A stretch of 32,000 nucleotides of DNA from Nitrosopumilus sp. (GCA_965205675.1 OZ242186.1:1243533-1275532); one strand, 5' to 3'; shown: positions 9,098 through 17,937, counted from the first letter of the stretch. The notes: a model not told the origin generated them from the letters alone. Numbers and translations: made by a program.

Positions 9098-9825
9098 GCA
9101 ATGAGACTGGTGTAATTTCGTCTGAATTTCAAATTATGGATGAGGCAGACAACCAGCAAATCCTAAAGGCAGAATCAGCAATAAAACAAGCTCTTGCATA
9201 TAATCTCAGAGGAAAGAAGCAGCTCTCATACATGGGAATAAAATGGCTGGTCCTCAAAATGTCACAAAAAGAACAGCCATTAGAAATTGTGGATATGCCG
9301 ATAGTGGAATTATCCAAAACTGATCCAGAAGACGAATCCACATGGACATGGTACAGCACCATCAAAGCAAGAAATCTCAAAACCGGTCTTGTTACAATTG
9401 GAGCATCAGAATCTACGTGGCTAATAAAAAACAAGGACGGTTCATTTGGAGAATACGACAACTTTGGAAGAACAAAGGCAATCAGCAAAGCAGAGCGAAA
9501 CGCATACAGAAAACAGATCCCAGAAATCGAAATAAACGCAATGTTGGAAACAATATCCCCTGACGATATAGAACATTTAAAATCAACTGACAGTGCTCTG
9601 CACAACCCTCCAAGCCAGAAACAGTTGGATTATCTCAAAAACCTGGGCTATACGGGAATCACACCAAAAAGCAAAGAAGCGGCATCAGAAATAATTGAGA
9701 GTATCAAAAACAACTCAAAGGAATCATACTCAAAGTATTGCAGATGCGCATCACCGATTCCAAGCGGCGTAACTAATGGCAAGACATGCCAGACATGCCT
9801 CAAACCACTGGGGGTCACGGCATGA
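9067..9825 (+). CDS. possible Rad52/Sak-like single-strand annealing protein with C-terminal zinc ribbon
   Basis: The core pattern ..LSYMGIKWLVLKM.. / ..GLVTIGASES.. / ..DNFGRTKAISKAERNAYRKQIP resembles SSAP beta-beta-beta-alpha cores. That match is from memory only. The C-terminus carries CRC..CQTC. The likely true start is the ATG at 9136 (MDEADNQQIL). Confidence 0.55.
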   Translation: MQDYCGGKKLSNETGVISSEFQIMDEADNQQILKAESAIKQALAYNLRGKKQLSYMGIKWLVLKMSQKEQPLEIVDMPIVELSKTDPEDESTWTWYSTIKARNLKTGLVTIGASESTWLIKNKDGSFGEYDNFGRTKAISKAERNAYRKQIPEIEINAMLETISPDDIEHLKSTDSALHNPPSQKQLDYLKNLGYTGITPKSKEAASEIIESIKNNSKESYSKYCRCASPIPSGVTNGKTCQTCLKPLGVTA

Positions 9826-10118
9826 TACCTCTCAGAATTACTCACAAACTGTTACAGTCAGTTCTAGTGTCAGACGTGTTTGATAGAGAGTTTAAAGAGA
9901 AATGCAAAGAATTTTTTTACAGTCCAAAGACTCACTATTACTGCTACGGTTACAAGCCAGACCATACATCATACTTGGAAATTACAACTTCAGAGATAGA
10001 AGAGATTCACCTAAAAACTGATACATCAGCATTGTGGGATATATTATATTTTATACATCAGGTATGCAAAGTGACAGGACAGAGTTCTGTGTATCTCTAC
10101 GGGAGTAACGGGAAATGA
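9822..10118 (+). CDS. hypothetical protein
   Basis: ATG at 9822 forms an ATGA overlap with the upstream stop. The track lists an earlier start at 9786. Confidence 0.5.
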   Translation: MIPLRITHKLLQSVLVSDVFDREFKEKCKEFFYSPKTHYYCYGYKPDHTSYLEITTSEIEEIHLKTDTSALWDILYFIHQVCKVTGQSSVYLYGSNGK

Positions 10119-10558
10119 ACACCTGGGTGTCAAAAGATGATGCAGAGCATCACTATCATACAGGTCACCGTTCCATATGCGGCATCTCAGATATCCTGCA
10201 GGATATGGCAACGACTCATCACACCGCAGAGAATCCAAAAACAAAATGCAAGACATGCATGGGAATTCTGACATCAAAGGGATTTTTCAAAATAAACTTG
10301 GATAAAAACAGAAACAATGTGCACGAGGCAAAGTTTCTGCAAAAGTACAGGGAATCCACTGTCGGTATGCTTACGCGATACCTTGCAGCGCCTGAGAACC
10401 ACAAAATAATGACCATGCAAAAAATACGCCAGGAATTGGAAGGGACATTTGATGGAATTAATGTACTTGATGTGTTATCTATGGCAATAGTTTCCGGCGA
10501 CGTAAAAGAGAAAAACGGGAATTTTTATCCAAAATGTAGAGAGGAGATAGTCTTATGA
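10115..10558 (+). CDS. hypothetical protein
   Basis: ATGA overlap with the upstream stop. 147 aa with a His-rich N-terminus, a CKTC pair and a helical C-terminus. Confidence 0.55.
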   Translation: MNTWVSKDDAEHHYHTGHRSICGISDILQDMATTHHTAENPKTKCKTCMGILTSKGFFKINLDKNRNNVHEAKFLQKYRESTVGMLTRYLAAPENHKIMTMQKIRQELEGTFDGINVLDVLSMAIVSGDVKEKNGNFYPKCREEIVL

Positions 10559-11154
10559 TCAACTGTGTATCTGATATGGTGCCTCCTGCAAGAAGCAACC
10601 GCACAGGTACACAGTTGGTGCATGTAATGAGGAGAAAACATCGCATCCTCTCCAAGCCGATTCCAATTTTTACAACTATATCTGCAGTTGTATTTGCAGA
10701 GATTACACATTTCACTAATCGTTCCATGCAGCGCCGTCAAAGTACTGTTGTATCCCTGATGGGGAGCATCCAGCGTTGCATCCTTGGTACCACTGGCAGG
10801 ATTTTTCATACACCTGCGGGCGAGAATACATGCAGTGACAGAATCACACATATCCAAAAGAATGAGAGGTGCAATATACATGACAATCTGGCCCAGGTCA
10901 GAAAAAGTGAAAAAAGCCTCCAATATTCTGATGGATATGCTGTGATAGAAGCTAGCATGTGCGAGAATTGCGATGACTACAATTACAACTTTTACCAAAC
11001 GTTTGGTAAAAGTGATCATACTACATCAACGCATATGACGTATGGGAGAGATTACTATTCAAGTATGACATCCGGAATTATAGCACAGATGGATTTTAAT
11101 TCTCTGTGCGCCCATTTCTCTTTCATTCATGCCGAAGAATTTTTCATAAATTAA
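10555..11154 (+). CDS. hypothetical protein (strand assignment uncertain)
   Basis: ATGA overlap with the upstream stop favours the + strand. However, a 164-aa minus ORF (10525-11019) overlaps it, and neither translation looks convincingly protein-like. Confidence 0.3.
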   Translation: MINCVSDMVPPARSNRTGTQLVHVMRRKHRILSKPIPIFTTISAVVFAEITHFTNRSMQRRQSTVVSLMGSIQRCILGTTGRIFHTPAGENTCSDRITHIQKNERCNIHDNLAQVRKSEKSLQYSDGYAVIEASMCENCDDYNYNFYQTFGKSDHTTSTHMTYGRDYYSSMTSGIIAQMDFNSLCAHFSFIHAEEFFIN

Positions 11155-11157
11155 AAG

Positions 11158-11313
11158 ATGGATAAAAATACAATCATGATTCAAGATAATAGGAATATGC
11201 AACTAAGAAAACTAGAAAAATTATTAGAACAGTTCAAAAATAAAATATCCGTTATAATCCAAGACCTTGATGCGGGAATGCCAGTCTACGGAACATGCAG
11301 ATTGGGATTTTAG
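11158..11313 (+). CDS. small hypothetical protein (51 aa)
   Basis: ATG ORF: MDKNTIMIQDNRNMQLRKLEKLLEQFKNKISVIIQDLDAGMPVYGTCRLGF. Confidence 0.3.
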   Translation: MDKNTIMIQDNRNMQLRKLEKLLEQFKNKISVIIQDLDAGMPVYGTCRLGF

Positions 11314-11449
11314 TTATTTTTCGAGATCTATAATTAAAAAATAAATTTGGACCAGTCACCAACACCCCAAACTAGAGATAACGACTCTAGTCATACATCA
11401 AAAATCAAAACATGTTGCAAGACAGATAAAGAATTATTCTCAAAATAAA

Positions 11450-11614
11450 ATGAAAATCAAAAACAAGATCACCAGAAATGAACAAATCGCAGGACAGATA
11501 TGCTCTGCATGTTTTCATGCGATTTCAAATCATACCCTAACTATAGATACTCTTGATAAAAAATATCAAAAATTAAACTGTAATAAATGCAAATGCAGAA
11601 AATGTGCATGGTAA
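11450..11614 (+). CDS. small zinc-finger protein (54 aa)
   Basis: MKIKNKITRNEQIAGQICSACFHAISNH..NCNKCKCRKCAW carries CxxC plus a Cys cluster. Confidence 0.35.
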   Translation: MKIKNKITRNEQIAGQICSACFHAISNHTLTIDTLDKKYQKLNCNKCKCRKCAW

Positions 11615-11754
11615 ATGACTGGATGGTTTTCATCAAAAGCGAAAAAAGTAAAATGGGATTTCCCATAGAGCGACTGCAGGTTTTGGACATGTCAGCGTAT
11701 GGTGGCAAAAAGATAAACGGAATTATAGAATTTGTCAATTGGAGATTTTCTTAG

Positions 11755-12042
11755 ATGAGTGAAAGAATCACAATAAACCGAGACATGGTTGATAACATAC
11801 ACTTTCAAAAAGACTCTGCAGGACCAGAAAGATTTGTAGTTACAATTGATGTAGATTCAATGGACAAAGCCAAAGAACTGCAATCACAATTATGCAAAGA
11901 AAGCAAGGAATACCCCAAATTATCCTCCATCAAATCAAGACTGGAGCACGCCATCAAGAAGAATCAGGTGCATGACGGTCTTGAGAATAACCTTGATAAA
12001 TTGGCAGCAGGTGAGGTAATATTTACTATCAATGTTAAATGA
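11755..12042 (+). CDS. hypothetical protein
   Basis: 95-aa ATG ORF. Its stop overlaps (ATGA) the ATG at 12039, which reads into att-like copy M. Confidence 0.55.
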   Translation: MSERITINRDMVDNIHFQKDSAGPERFVVTIDVDSMDKAKELQSQLCKESKEYPKLSSIKSRLEHAIKKNQVHDGLENNLDKLAAGEVIFTINVK

Positions 12043-12164
12043 CTGCCAAAGATACAAAAATCATAAACCCGTCTCTGAAATCCTTGTTTGCAGGCAGATA
12101 TGGAAATAATTTATTTGTCAACTAACGACTCTGTCTGTATTTTTTAAATCTCACTGCGATTAAC
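12039..12164 (+). pseudogene. junction ORF: putative integrase 5' fragment (MTAKDTKII) fused to unrelated sequence
   Basis: The first 9 codons read through core copy M in the same phase as the integrase reads through copy L. Joining 12039-12065 to 4854 onward gives MTAKDTKIIKTGSGYPKRF... Confidence 0.35.
12048..12073. repeat. att-like core copy M (AAAGATACAAAAATCATAAACCCGTC)
   Basis: 12052-12073 is 21/22 identical to 18024-18045. Its left part matches copy L. Confidence 0.6.
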
Positions 12165-12347
12165 ACAAGACTATTCTCACAAAAAGACCATTGTCCCCCA
12201 AAACTAAAAAGAAACTGGCTTTACAAATCAGGCAAACAGCAAGGCGATACATCGTACTTGCAGCTCCTGATAAAAAAACAGCAGAAGAATTGCTAGAGTG
12301 GTATGACAGTTAATTGACAGTTTCTGATAATTACTTGGGAATTTTAA

Positions 12348-12557
12348 ATGCAAATTACCCGGCAGAGACCACCAAGTTTATACAAAATCCCTAAAATGAT
12401 AAGCGATTCCAAACCAGAATTATTCTCACAGAAGAGGCACGGGCTAATCCTTGCAACATGTTACAAATGCGGCAAATATCAGGGATGCTACTCAAAAAAT
12501 GGTTTGCCCCAAGTCCGAGAATGCCTCAAATGCAGTATAGAAATAGAGTTGAAATAA
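12348..12557 (+). CDS. small zinc-ribbon protein
   Basis: 69 aa with CYKCGK .. CLKC. Confidence 0.45.
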   Translation: MQITRQRPPSLYKIPKMISDSKPELFSQKRHGLILATCYKCGKYQGCYSKNGLPQVRECLKCSIEIELK

Positions 12558-12569
12558 GATTCTAAAAAA

Positions 12570-13058
12570 ATGAACAGCTGTATTATGGTTAATCCCAAGC
12601 AGTTATTAGAGCATCTCAAAGCCATCAAGTCAATTATGAGTTCATCTGGAAATTCATTCTCAGCGCAAGAACTGACGGATTCACTTGAAATGATGGATAT
12701 ACTAAGTGACGGGGAATTACTGTATAATCTGGTACAAAGCAAAAAAGATGCTGAAAATAACAAAATAATACCATTTCAGAAAATGCAAAAAGAGGCATAC
12801 TGTAATGATGGAATAATGCCAATGTTTGCAGATCTGACTGATTCACAAAAGATCAAGGTTACAGCAGATGCTGCAAAGTATCTGTATGCTAAAAAAGATC
12901 TAAAAAAGACTTTTGAGATAATGGACATAGTATTGGATGAGAAATACATAAAATCAATATCTAAAGACAAAAATCAAAGCAAATGCGATCGTATCTCGTG
13001 GAGTACAATCAAAGAAGAGATGAAAAATATATCATCACACATACAGCAAGATCTCTGA
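12570..13058 (+). CDS. antitoxin-like protein with internally duplicated module
   Basis: Lies immediately upstream of, and overlapping, a RelE-like toxin gene. It has two copies of an antitoxin-type motif: LEMMDILSDGELLYNLVQSKKDAENNKIIPFQKMQKE and FEIMDIVLDEKYIKSISKDKNQSKCDRISWSTIKEEMK. Confidence 0.55.
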   Translation: MNSCIMVNPKQLLEHLKAIKSIMSSSGNSFSAQELTDSLEMMDILSDGELLYNLVQSKKDAENNKIIPFQKMQKEAYCNDGIMPMFADLTDSQKIKVTADAAKYLYAKKDLKKTFEIMDIVLDEKYIKSISKDKNQSKCDRISWSTIKEEMKNISSHIQQDL

Positions 13059-13321
13059 GAACATACAACAAACTAGTAAAAAAAGACCGTACACTACGCA
13101 ATAAAATTGAGAAAATATTTGAATATCTGCAAGAGAACCCGAAACTGGGAGAAAAACTTGCCGCCAATCTTGTCGGATTCAGAGTATACCACTTTAATTC
13201 AAACAAGTACAGAATAGTTTACAAGATAATTGACGGTTCCAATACAGTCGAGGTCCATGAAATATCGCACAGAAAAAGATCATACTCTGATCTTGCTAAA
13301 TATATTAAAAAAGGAAAATGA
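12983..13321 (+). CDS. relE: RelE/ParE-family toxin
   Basis: ..IEKIFEYLQENPKLGEKLAANLVGFRVYHFNSNKYRIVYKIIDGSNTVEVHEISHRKRSY fits the RelE/ParE consensus (..P..G..L.g....r.r.g.YRiiY.i......v.i..i.hR...Y). The start is uncertain. Confidence 0.75.
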   Translation: MRSYLVEYNQRRDEKYIITHTARSLRTYNKLVKKDRTLRNKIEKIFEYLQENPKLGEKLAANLVGFRVYHFNSNKYRIVYKIIDGSNTVEVHEISHRKRSYSDLAKYIKKGK

Positions 13322-13449
13322 TTCTAAACGACACATGATAAATACATGCAGAATATAATACCATCCAAAGAAGACTCAAATAATGTTGTCGGCATCCTAA
13401 AAAAATAATAGTAGAATCAATAGAGAAACGAAAAAGAGCCTATACAAAC

Positions 13450-13677
13450 ATGGAACGAAATATCAAGAGGAATTCAGAGTTGCAAAAAGCACATGACGAG
13501 GACTCTGACACATCTGAGATTTTGCAGACTGGCAAAACAAAGACCTGTAGTTTGTGCAGACAGTCATTTGACTCATCAGATGTATTGTGGCTCACTCAAA
13601 AGAAAAGGCATGAGGAGCATCATGCCAGAAAGACACTATCAGATAATCAGATTATCGGTACTGTACATTGGGAATAA
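13450..13677 (+). CDS. small C2H2-like zinc-finger protein
   Basis: CSLCRQSFDSSDVLWLTQKKRHEEHH. Confidence 0.45.
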   Translation: MERNIKRNSELQKAHDEDSDTSEILQTGKTKTCSLCRQSFDSSDVLWLTQKKRHEEHHARKTLSDNQIIGTVHWE

Positions 13678-13685
13678 AATAGGCA

Positions 13686-13853
13686 TTGCAGATAGACATA
13701 CCGGTTCCATGTCCCAAATGCGGAGGAAAGATGTACTCTGTTAGATATTGCGCAATAATTGACATACTGAAAAGAAGGGTGTGGCATGTCTGCAAGGAAT
13801 GCTCATACCAGCAGGATGTAGAAAAATTCAAGGATTCAATCTGCAGGACATGA
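13686..13853 (+). CDS. small zinc-ribbon protein (55 aa)
   Basis: TTG start. ..VPCPKCGGKMYSVRYCAIIDILKRRVWHVCKECSYQQDVEKFKDSICRT. Below the track cutoff. It competes with track ORFs 13493-13744 and 13781-13975, which read poorly. Confidence 0.35.
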   Translation: MQIDIPVPCPKCGGKMYSVRYCAIIDILKRRVWHVCKECSYQQDVEKFKDSICRT

Positions 13854-13971
13854 TCCCAAAAGAACGTTTTACCGATAAAAAAGAGAAATGCTCATCTAAT
13901 TGCTGGTGCAAGAGAAAATCTAAAAATGAAAATCACACTAATGAACAAATCACAAACAAGCGTCATATAAA

Positions 13972-14805
13972 ATGAATCGAGGATTCAACAAACCCCTAAA
14001 TCAGATGACTGAAGAACTGTATGAACATTTCCGGCAATTGCGTTCACAGCTAGAAGATGATTCCACGTGTGAGTGTAATAATGATGAAACAGATGAAGAC
14101 CATAAGATGAGCGATGCCCTGCTTGGTAGAAAACACGACTGCAAACATATGGATATACTTGCAGAAAAAATGATTGCAGAACTTGGACAAAGAAATGATC
14201 TTGGTAAAGAATGGCAAAATGGATACAAAAAATGCATTACCAATTTAAGATGGCTATCATCAAAACTAGCTGTAATAACTGAGGATAATTTGTCAGACCA
14301 TGATTTGTTAACTGGATTAAAGAGTGAGATTTCAAAAAAATCTTATGAAATTAATAATTTTGTGTCATCTCTGCAAAAAACAACCGAGTATGATTTCAGA
14401 TACACCAAAACCCTAAATGGTAAGAACCATGTTCTGCAATGCGTAGAAATTCCAAAAATCAAAGTTACAATATCTAAAGAAAAGGGAGATGCAGGCATCA
14501 TGGCATCACAGAAATGGCTTTACAAAAAAAATAGTATGAAAGCAATCTCAGCAATACAGAAAAAATATCCAAACTCACTTGAAGGCAAGACAATCTTGGT
14601 TTGCACACATGCAACTGATGCCACAACATTATTCCTCAAAGCAATATCTGATCTAGGTGCCAAAATACTCTCCATTCCAAAAGGAACAGCCCATAAAGTA
14701 ACTGTCACATCTAAGGAAAAATTCTCATGCCTTGTAATTGCATCTCCTCCGTTCTCATTCTGGGATCAGTTCTTTCAATTCCCAGATAAAAAACATCTAA
14801 AATAA
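13972..14805 (+). CDS. hypothetical protein with C-terminal segment resembling the N-terminal part of S-adenosylhomocysteine hydrolase
   Basis: 277 aa. MKAISAIQKKYPNSLEGKTILVCTHATDATTLFLKAISDLGAKI aligns by eye with the AHCY segment MPGLM..R..Y....PLKGARIAGCLHMT.ETAVLIETL..LGAEV. Confidence 0.6.
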   Translation: MNRGFNKPLNQMTEELYEHFRQLRSQLEDDSTCECNNDETDEDHKMSDALLGRKHDCKHMDILAEKMIAELGQRNDLGKEWQNGYKKCITNLRWLSSKLAVITEDNLSDHDLLTGLKSEISKKSYEINNFVSSLQKTTEYDFRYTKTLNGKNHVLQCVEIPKIKVTISKEKGDAGIMASQKWLYKKNSMKAISAIQKKYPNSLEGKTILVCTHATDATTLFLKAISDLGAKILSIPKGTAHKVTVTSKEKFSCLVIASPPFSFWDQFFQFPDKKHLK

Positions 14806-14807
14806 CA

Positions 14808-15107
14808 TTGTCGCAACAAAAACCAATCATTTTGTTTCCAGGGGTGGAGATTCTGCCAAACTTAACAATGGAGCGTGTAAAGGAACACCTCAAAAAATAT
14901 TGTGCCATTGATACGCTAGGTAACACGATTTACATCAAAAAGATGGGAAATGACAAGACAACATTTGCAATAGAGTTTGAATCAGATGAGATATACAAAG
15001 TGAGAAAAATAAATGACGGGGACGGCAACCGTCTTAAGCAAGTCATTTTTGAAATGGATGGGTGCGAGGTGTCAGATTATAATGATTCAGATTATGAGCA
15101 ACTCTAA
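14808..15107 (+). CDS. hypothetical protein
   Basis: 99-aa ORF from a TTG. An internal ATG at 14868 (MERVKEHL) is an alternative start. Confidence 0.5.
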   Translation: MSQQKPIILFPGVEILPNLTMERVKEHLKKYCAIDTLGNTIYIKKMGNDKTTFAIEFESDEIYKVRKINDGDGNRLKQVIFEMDGCEVSDYNDSDYEQL

Positions 15108-15282
15108 ATGACACATAACAAAACCAATCGTTGAAGCTAAAAATCAATCCAGAATGTATGGAACAGATCACAAGACCTGAGAAAACTCAGTTAAGCGCGA
15201 TGGAACATTCACGGTACAAGATAGGCAACAGGCATGATGGAATGACATGCATTATTAATGGAATGAAATTCTCAATTAAAGA

Positions 15283-15576
15283 TTATTTTTCCCAGTACTT
15301 GTCTTGCATCAAAAACACTACCAATAAAATAATAAATGCAAATCCGATTCCCATCATAACCACAGATACCTCATACAGTTCAACATATGTCAAACTCAAT
15401 AATGCAAGAATAGATGACACAGAATAGAACACAACTACTGTTAAAATATACAAACGTATGTTGCCACTCCATTTTTGTTTGACTATGTTCATCAAAGTCA
15501 ACAACACCAAAGTTCCAGCAATTATTGTCGCATTGATTTGCAAAACATCTTTAATTTCAAGGATTGACGCATCCAT
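15283..15576 (-). CDS. small membrane protein (3 TM)
   Basis: Hydrophobic helices (IIAGTLVLLTLMNIV, LYILTVVVFYSVSSILALLSL, VVMMGIGFAFIILLVVFL). The overlapping + ORF is N/T/I-rich there, as expected for the antisense of a TM gene. Confidence 0.5.
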   Translation of the reverse strand: MDASILEIKDVLQINATIIAGTLVLLTLMNIVKQKWSGNIRLYILTVVVFYSVSSILALLSLTYVELYEVSVVMMGIGFAFIILLVVFLMQDKYWEK

Positions 15577-15597
15577 GAAAGTTGATTTGAGGTTACT

Positions 15598-15852
15598 GTG
15601 CTAAATATCATGTGTAAAAGATATACTGCAACAATTCCATTTACAAAGAAAACCGCCAAAATCGTGATTGCTGTATTTTTAAAATTTTTGATGATTGCTG
15701 CAATATTAGACAGGATTTTAAATGGTCAGCAAAGTGGCGTTTATCAGGCTTTAGTAATATTTGGAGGTATATCCAACGCAGTTTTTTGGCTATATCAGTT
15801 GGGTGCATGGTACGAAGAAGGAAGATTGCCAAAACTCTCATTTAAAAAATAA
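15598..15852 (+). CDS. small membrane protein
   Basis: 84 aa with a GTG start (ATG 4 codons in) and two hydrophobic helices. Confidence 0.45.
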   Translation: MLNIMCKRYTATIPFTKKTAKIVIAVFLKFLMIAAILDRILNGQQSGVYQALVIFGGISNAVFWLYQLGAWYEEGRLPKLSFKK

Positions 15853-15853
15853 G

Positions 15854-17209
15854 ATGAAGATAGAAATATCAAAAATCAAAGTAGGAAAAAGAATCAGAGA
15901 GGACATGGGAGACATTGCAGGTCTTGCAGCAAGTATCGCAGAGAACGAACTGTTATGTCCGATACTGCTCAGAGAAGACGGCAGCGACACGTACAAAATA
16001 TTGGCAGGTTGTAGAAGGCTTGATGCAGCCAAACTGTCAGGACAGAAAACAATCGAGTCAATAATCAAAAAAGAGAATGCCGACACACAATCAAAAGCTC
16101 CAAGGGGCGTCCCGTATGACGCCATAATTGAGATTGAAGAAAATGATGCAAGGAAGGACTTTACACAAAGTGAAAAGGCAAAGATTGCAGAAATAATGAG
16201 ACCGCATTTCAAAAATCATACAAACCAAGGCAAACGCAGCGATTTGGAACAATTGATTTCCGACGAATCCTCGGCAAAGACCAGGACCGAAAGCGTTGAT
16301 GATAAAATTGGAAAAATCCTAAATGAAAGCGGAGAGACTGTGAGAAAAAGAACAAAGGTGTTTGAGAATATAGATGAGGATACAAAAAAGGCGCTTGATT
16401 CAGGCAAAAAATCACTGCACTCTGCATATCAAAAGACCGTTGCCAGAGAGAACGCAGAAAAACCAACGCCCAAACTGCCTGCAGGAAAATTCAATCATAT
16501 CGTAGAGGACCCTCCGTGGGACTACAAAAACAAGAACATTGGAGGTGCGGGAAAATCAGGTGCGTCATTTCATTACAAAACAGAACCGACAAATATCATT
16601 GCCAAAATTCCAGTGCATTTGATCGCAGCAGATAACGCAGTATTATACATGTGGACCACAAATCAGTATCTCATAACAGGTTCCATGCTGGCAAGTGAGT
16701 ACTATAACATACTAAACCAGCAAAGACTGCATCAATCATGCAAAAAAATTACAAACAAAGACAAGATAAAAAAAATACAAGAGCAGGTGGAGGCAGATAA
16801 CGAGTTACTATCTGATGTTTTAAAAAAACAGAGGGTACAATCTGATGCCATATCCGTAATGCACTGTCACGGATTTGTGCCAAAGTGTATCGTAACATGG
16901 CACAAGGAGGAAAAGAAGGGCTGGGGCGGCTACTGGCTCAACAATACAACTGAGCACCTGCTAATTGGCATTAGAGGCAACGTTCCAGCGTTTGGGTTGC
17001 CTGATGAGACAATAATAAAATCAAGATATGTCCCAAAATCGCACTCTAAAAAGCCCGAAGAAGCATGGCATCTAATCGAAAGGTGTGTCAATGCAACAAG
17101 ATGGAATCACAAAAAACTTGAGATGAACTGTCGTACGCCAAGAGACGGATGGCTCCCTCACGGAGATCAAATCAGCACACAAGACATCAAGAAATGGAGA
17201 ACAAAGTAA
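15854..17209 (+). CDS. ParB-N domain / MT-A70-family N6-adenine DNA methyltransferase fusion
   Basis: Start taken at the ATG at 15854 (MKIEISKIKVGKRIRED). ParB/Srx-like N-domain: ..LAASIAENELLCPILL..YKILAGCRRLDAAKLSG. Catalytic DPPW motif (IVEDPPWDY) and the MT-A70-type C-terminus W..KEEKKGWGGYWLNNTTEHLLIGIRG. Confidence 0.85.
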   Translation: MKIEISKIKVGKRIREDMGDIAGLAASIAENELLCPILLREDGSDTYKILAGCRRLDAAKLSGQKTIESIIKKENADTQSKAPRGVPYDAIIEIEENDARKDFTQSEKAKIAEIMRPHFKNHTNQGKRSDLEQLISDESSAKTRTESVDDKIGKILNESGETVRKRTKVFENIDEDTKKALDSGKKSLHSAYQKTVARENAEKPTPKLPAGKFNHIVEDPPWDYKNKNIGGAGKSGASFHYKTEPTNIIAKIPVHLIAADNAVLYMWTTNQYLITGSMLASEYYNILNQQRLHQSCKKITNKDKIKKIQEQVEADNELLSDVLKKQRVQSDAISVMHCHGFVPKCIVTWHKEEKKGWGGYWLNNTTEHLLIGIRGNVPAFGLPDETIIKSRYVPKSHSKKPEEAWHLIERCVNATRWNHKKLEMNCRTPRDGWLPHGDQISTQDIKKWRTK

Positions 17210-17388
17210 ATTGGAAACTCGAGCAGACTTTTTTTCATTTACAAGAAATTATGAAACTTGTATGCAATTCAGAAATACCATTGCAGATAAAGTTGAGACA
17301 ACAACTGAAAGTCATTCTCCAAAATATCAATGTGCAAGATACATGCACTAGCCAGACATGGGAGATGAATCGGATTGACAAAGTTTAG
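17194..17388 (+). CDS. small hypothetical protein (64 aa)
   Basis: An ATG inside the track ORF 17149-17388 overlaps the methyltransferase 3' end. Confidence 0.3.
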   Translation: MENKVNWKLEQTFFHLQEIMKLVCNSEIPLQIKLRQQLKVILQNINVQDTCTSQTWEMNRIDKV

Positions 17389-17515
17389 AATTACATGCGA
17401 TACTTGTTTTGTTTCGTGGAACACCAAAACTACCTCTCAGGCAAAACAGATAAGAACAATTCATGATGCCATACACCACGACATTCACAACATCAGGATA
17501 GTTGATTGCACATGA
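17375..17515 (+). CDS. small C2H2-like zinc-finger protein (46 aa)
   Basis: TTG start. ..ITCDTCFVSWNTKTTSQAKQIRTIHDAIHHDIH.. Below the track cutoff. Confidence 0.3.
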   Translation: MTKFRITCDTCFVSWNTKTTSQAKQIRTIHDAIHHDIHNIRIVDCT

Positions 17516-17937
17516 CAAAGTTGCATTGCAACATGATTCAAGACATACCTGATTGGAAGACCGCAATTAAAGTTGCAACAGATATTGTATTGGGCGTAAA
17601 CCATAAAACTCATGAACCAGAATCATTCCAAGAAGTTTCTGCAATAATGGGAAAAGCGACTGAAATGTTGTTACTTTCTAAAAATGAAAAATATGGCAAA
17701 GGAAACATGCTTTCTGCTACAAAATTCAATGTTACAGTTGAGCAAGGATTGATGATAAGGGAAAATGACAAAACAGAAAGAATACTTAATCATTTTTCAG
17801 GAATAGATCTCGGAAAAGAAGGGCTGCTAGAATCGTTTGGTGATAAAGCCGGTTACTCTGAAATCGGAATGATGCTGCAGATGAAAACAAAGGATGGAAA
17901 ATCATGGTACGAAATCCCAATAACAAAGGAGGATTAG
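17512..17937 (+). CDS. MazG-like / all-alpha NTP pyrophosphohydrolase-like protein
   Basis: ..LLSKNEKYGKGN..GLMIRENDKTERILNH..EGLLESFGDKAGYSEIGMML fits the K..kYG...........r..DK..R..n....E...Ds..D...Y pattern of the MazG/DUF1599-type fold. Confidence 0.5.
   Translation: MTKLHCNMIQDIPDWKTAIKVATDIVLGVNHKTHEPESFQEVSAIMGKATEMLLLSKNEKYGKGNMLSATKFNVTVEQGLMIRENDKTERILNHFSGIDLGKEGLLESFGDKAGYSEIGMMLQMKTKDGKSWYEIPITKED

Noticed and set aside
8535-11420. A 17-bp identical word ATCAAAACATGTTGCAA at 8536-8552 and 11404-11420, containing the palindrome AACATGTT.
   Set aside because: One AT-rich 17-mer match in 32 kb is only marginally unexpected, and one copy lies inside a coding region. That is not enough to call a regulatory site.
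13781-13975. A 64-aa + ORF (GTG start) and the overlapping ORF 13493-13744.
   Set aside because: They read poorly. A different frame gives a clean CPKCGG..CKEC zinc ribbon at 13686-13853.
15131-15427. A 98-aa + ORF overlapping the minus-strand membrane ORF.
   Set aside because: Its overlapping part is N/T/I-rich, as expected for the antisense of a TM-helix gene, and it starts at a TTG. The upstream ~150 nt might still encode something small.
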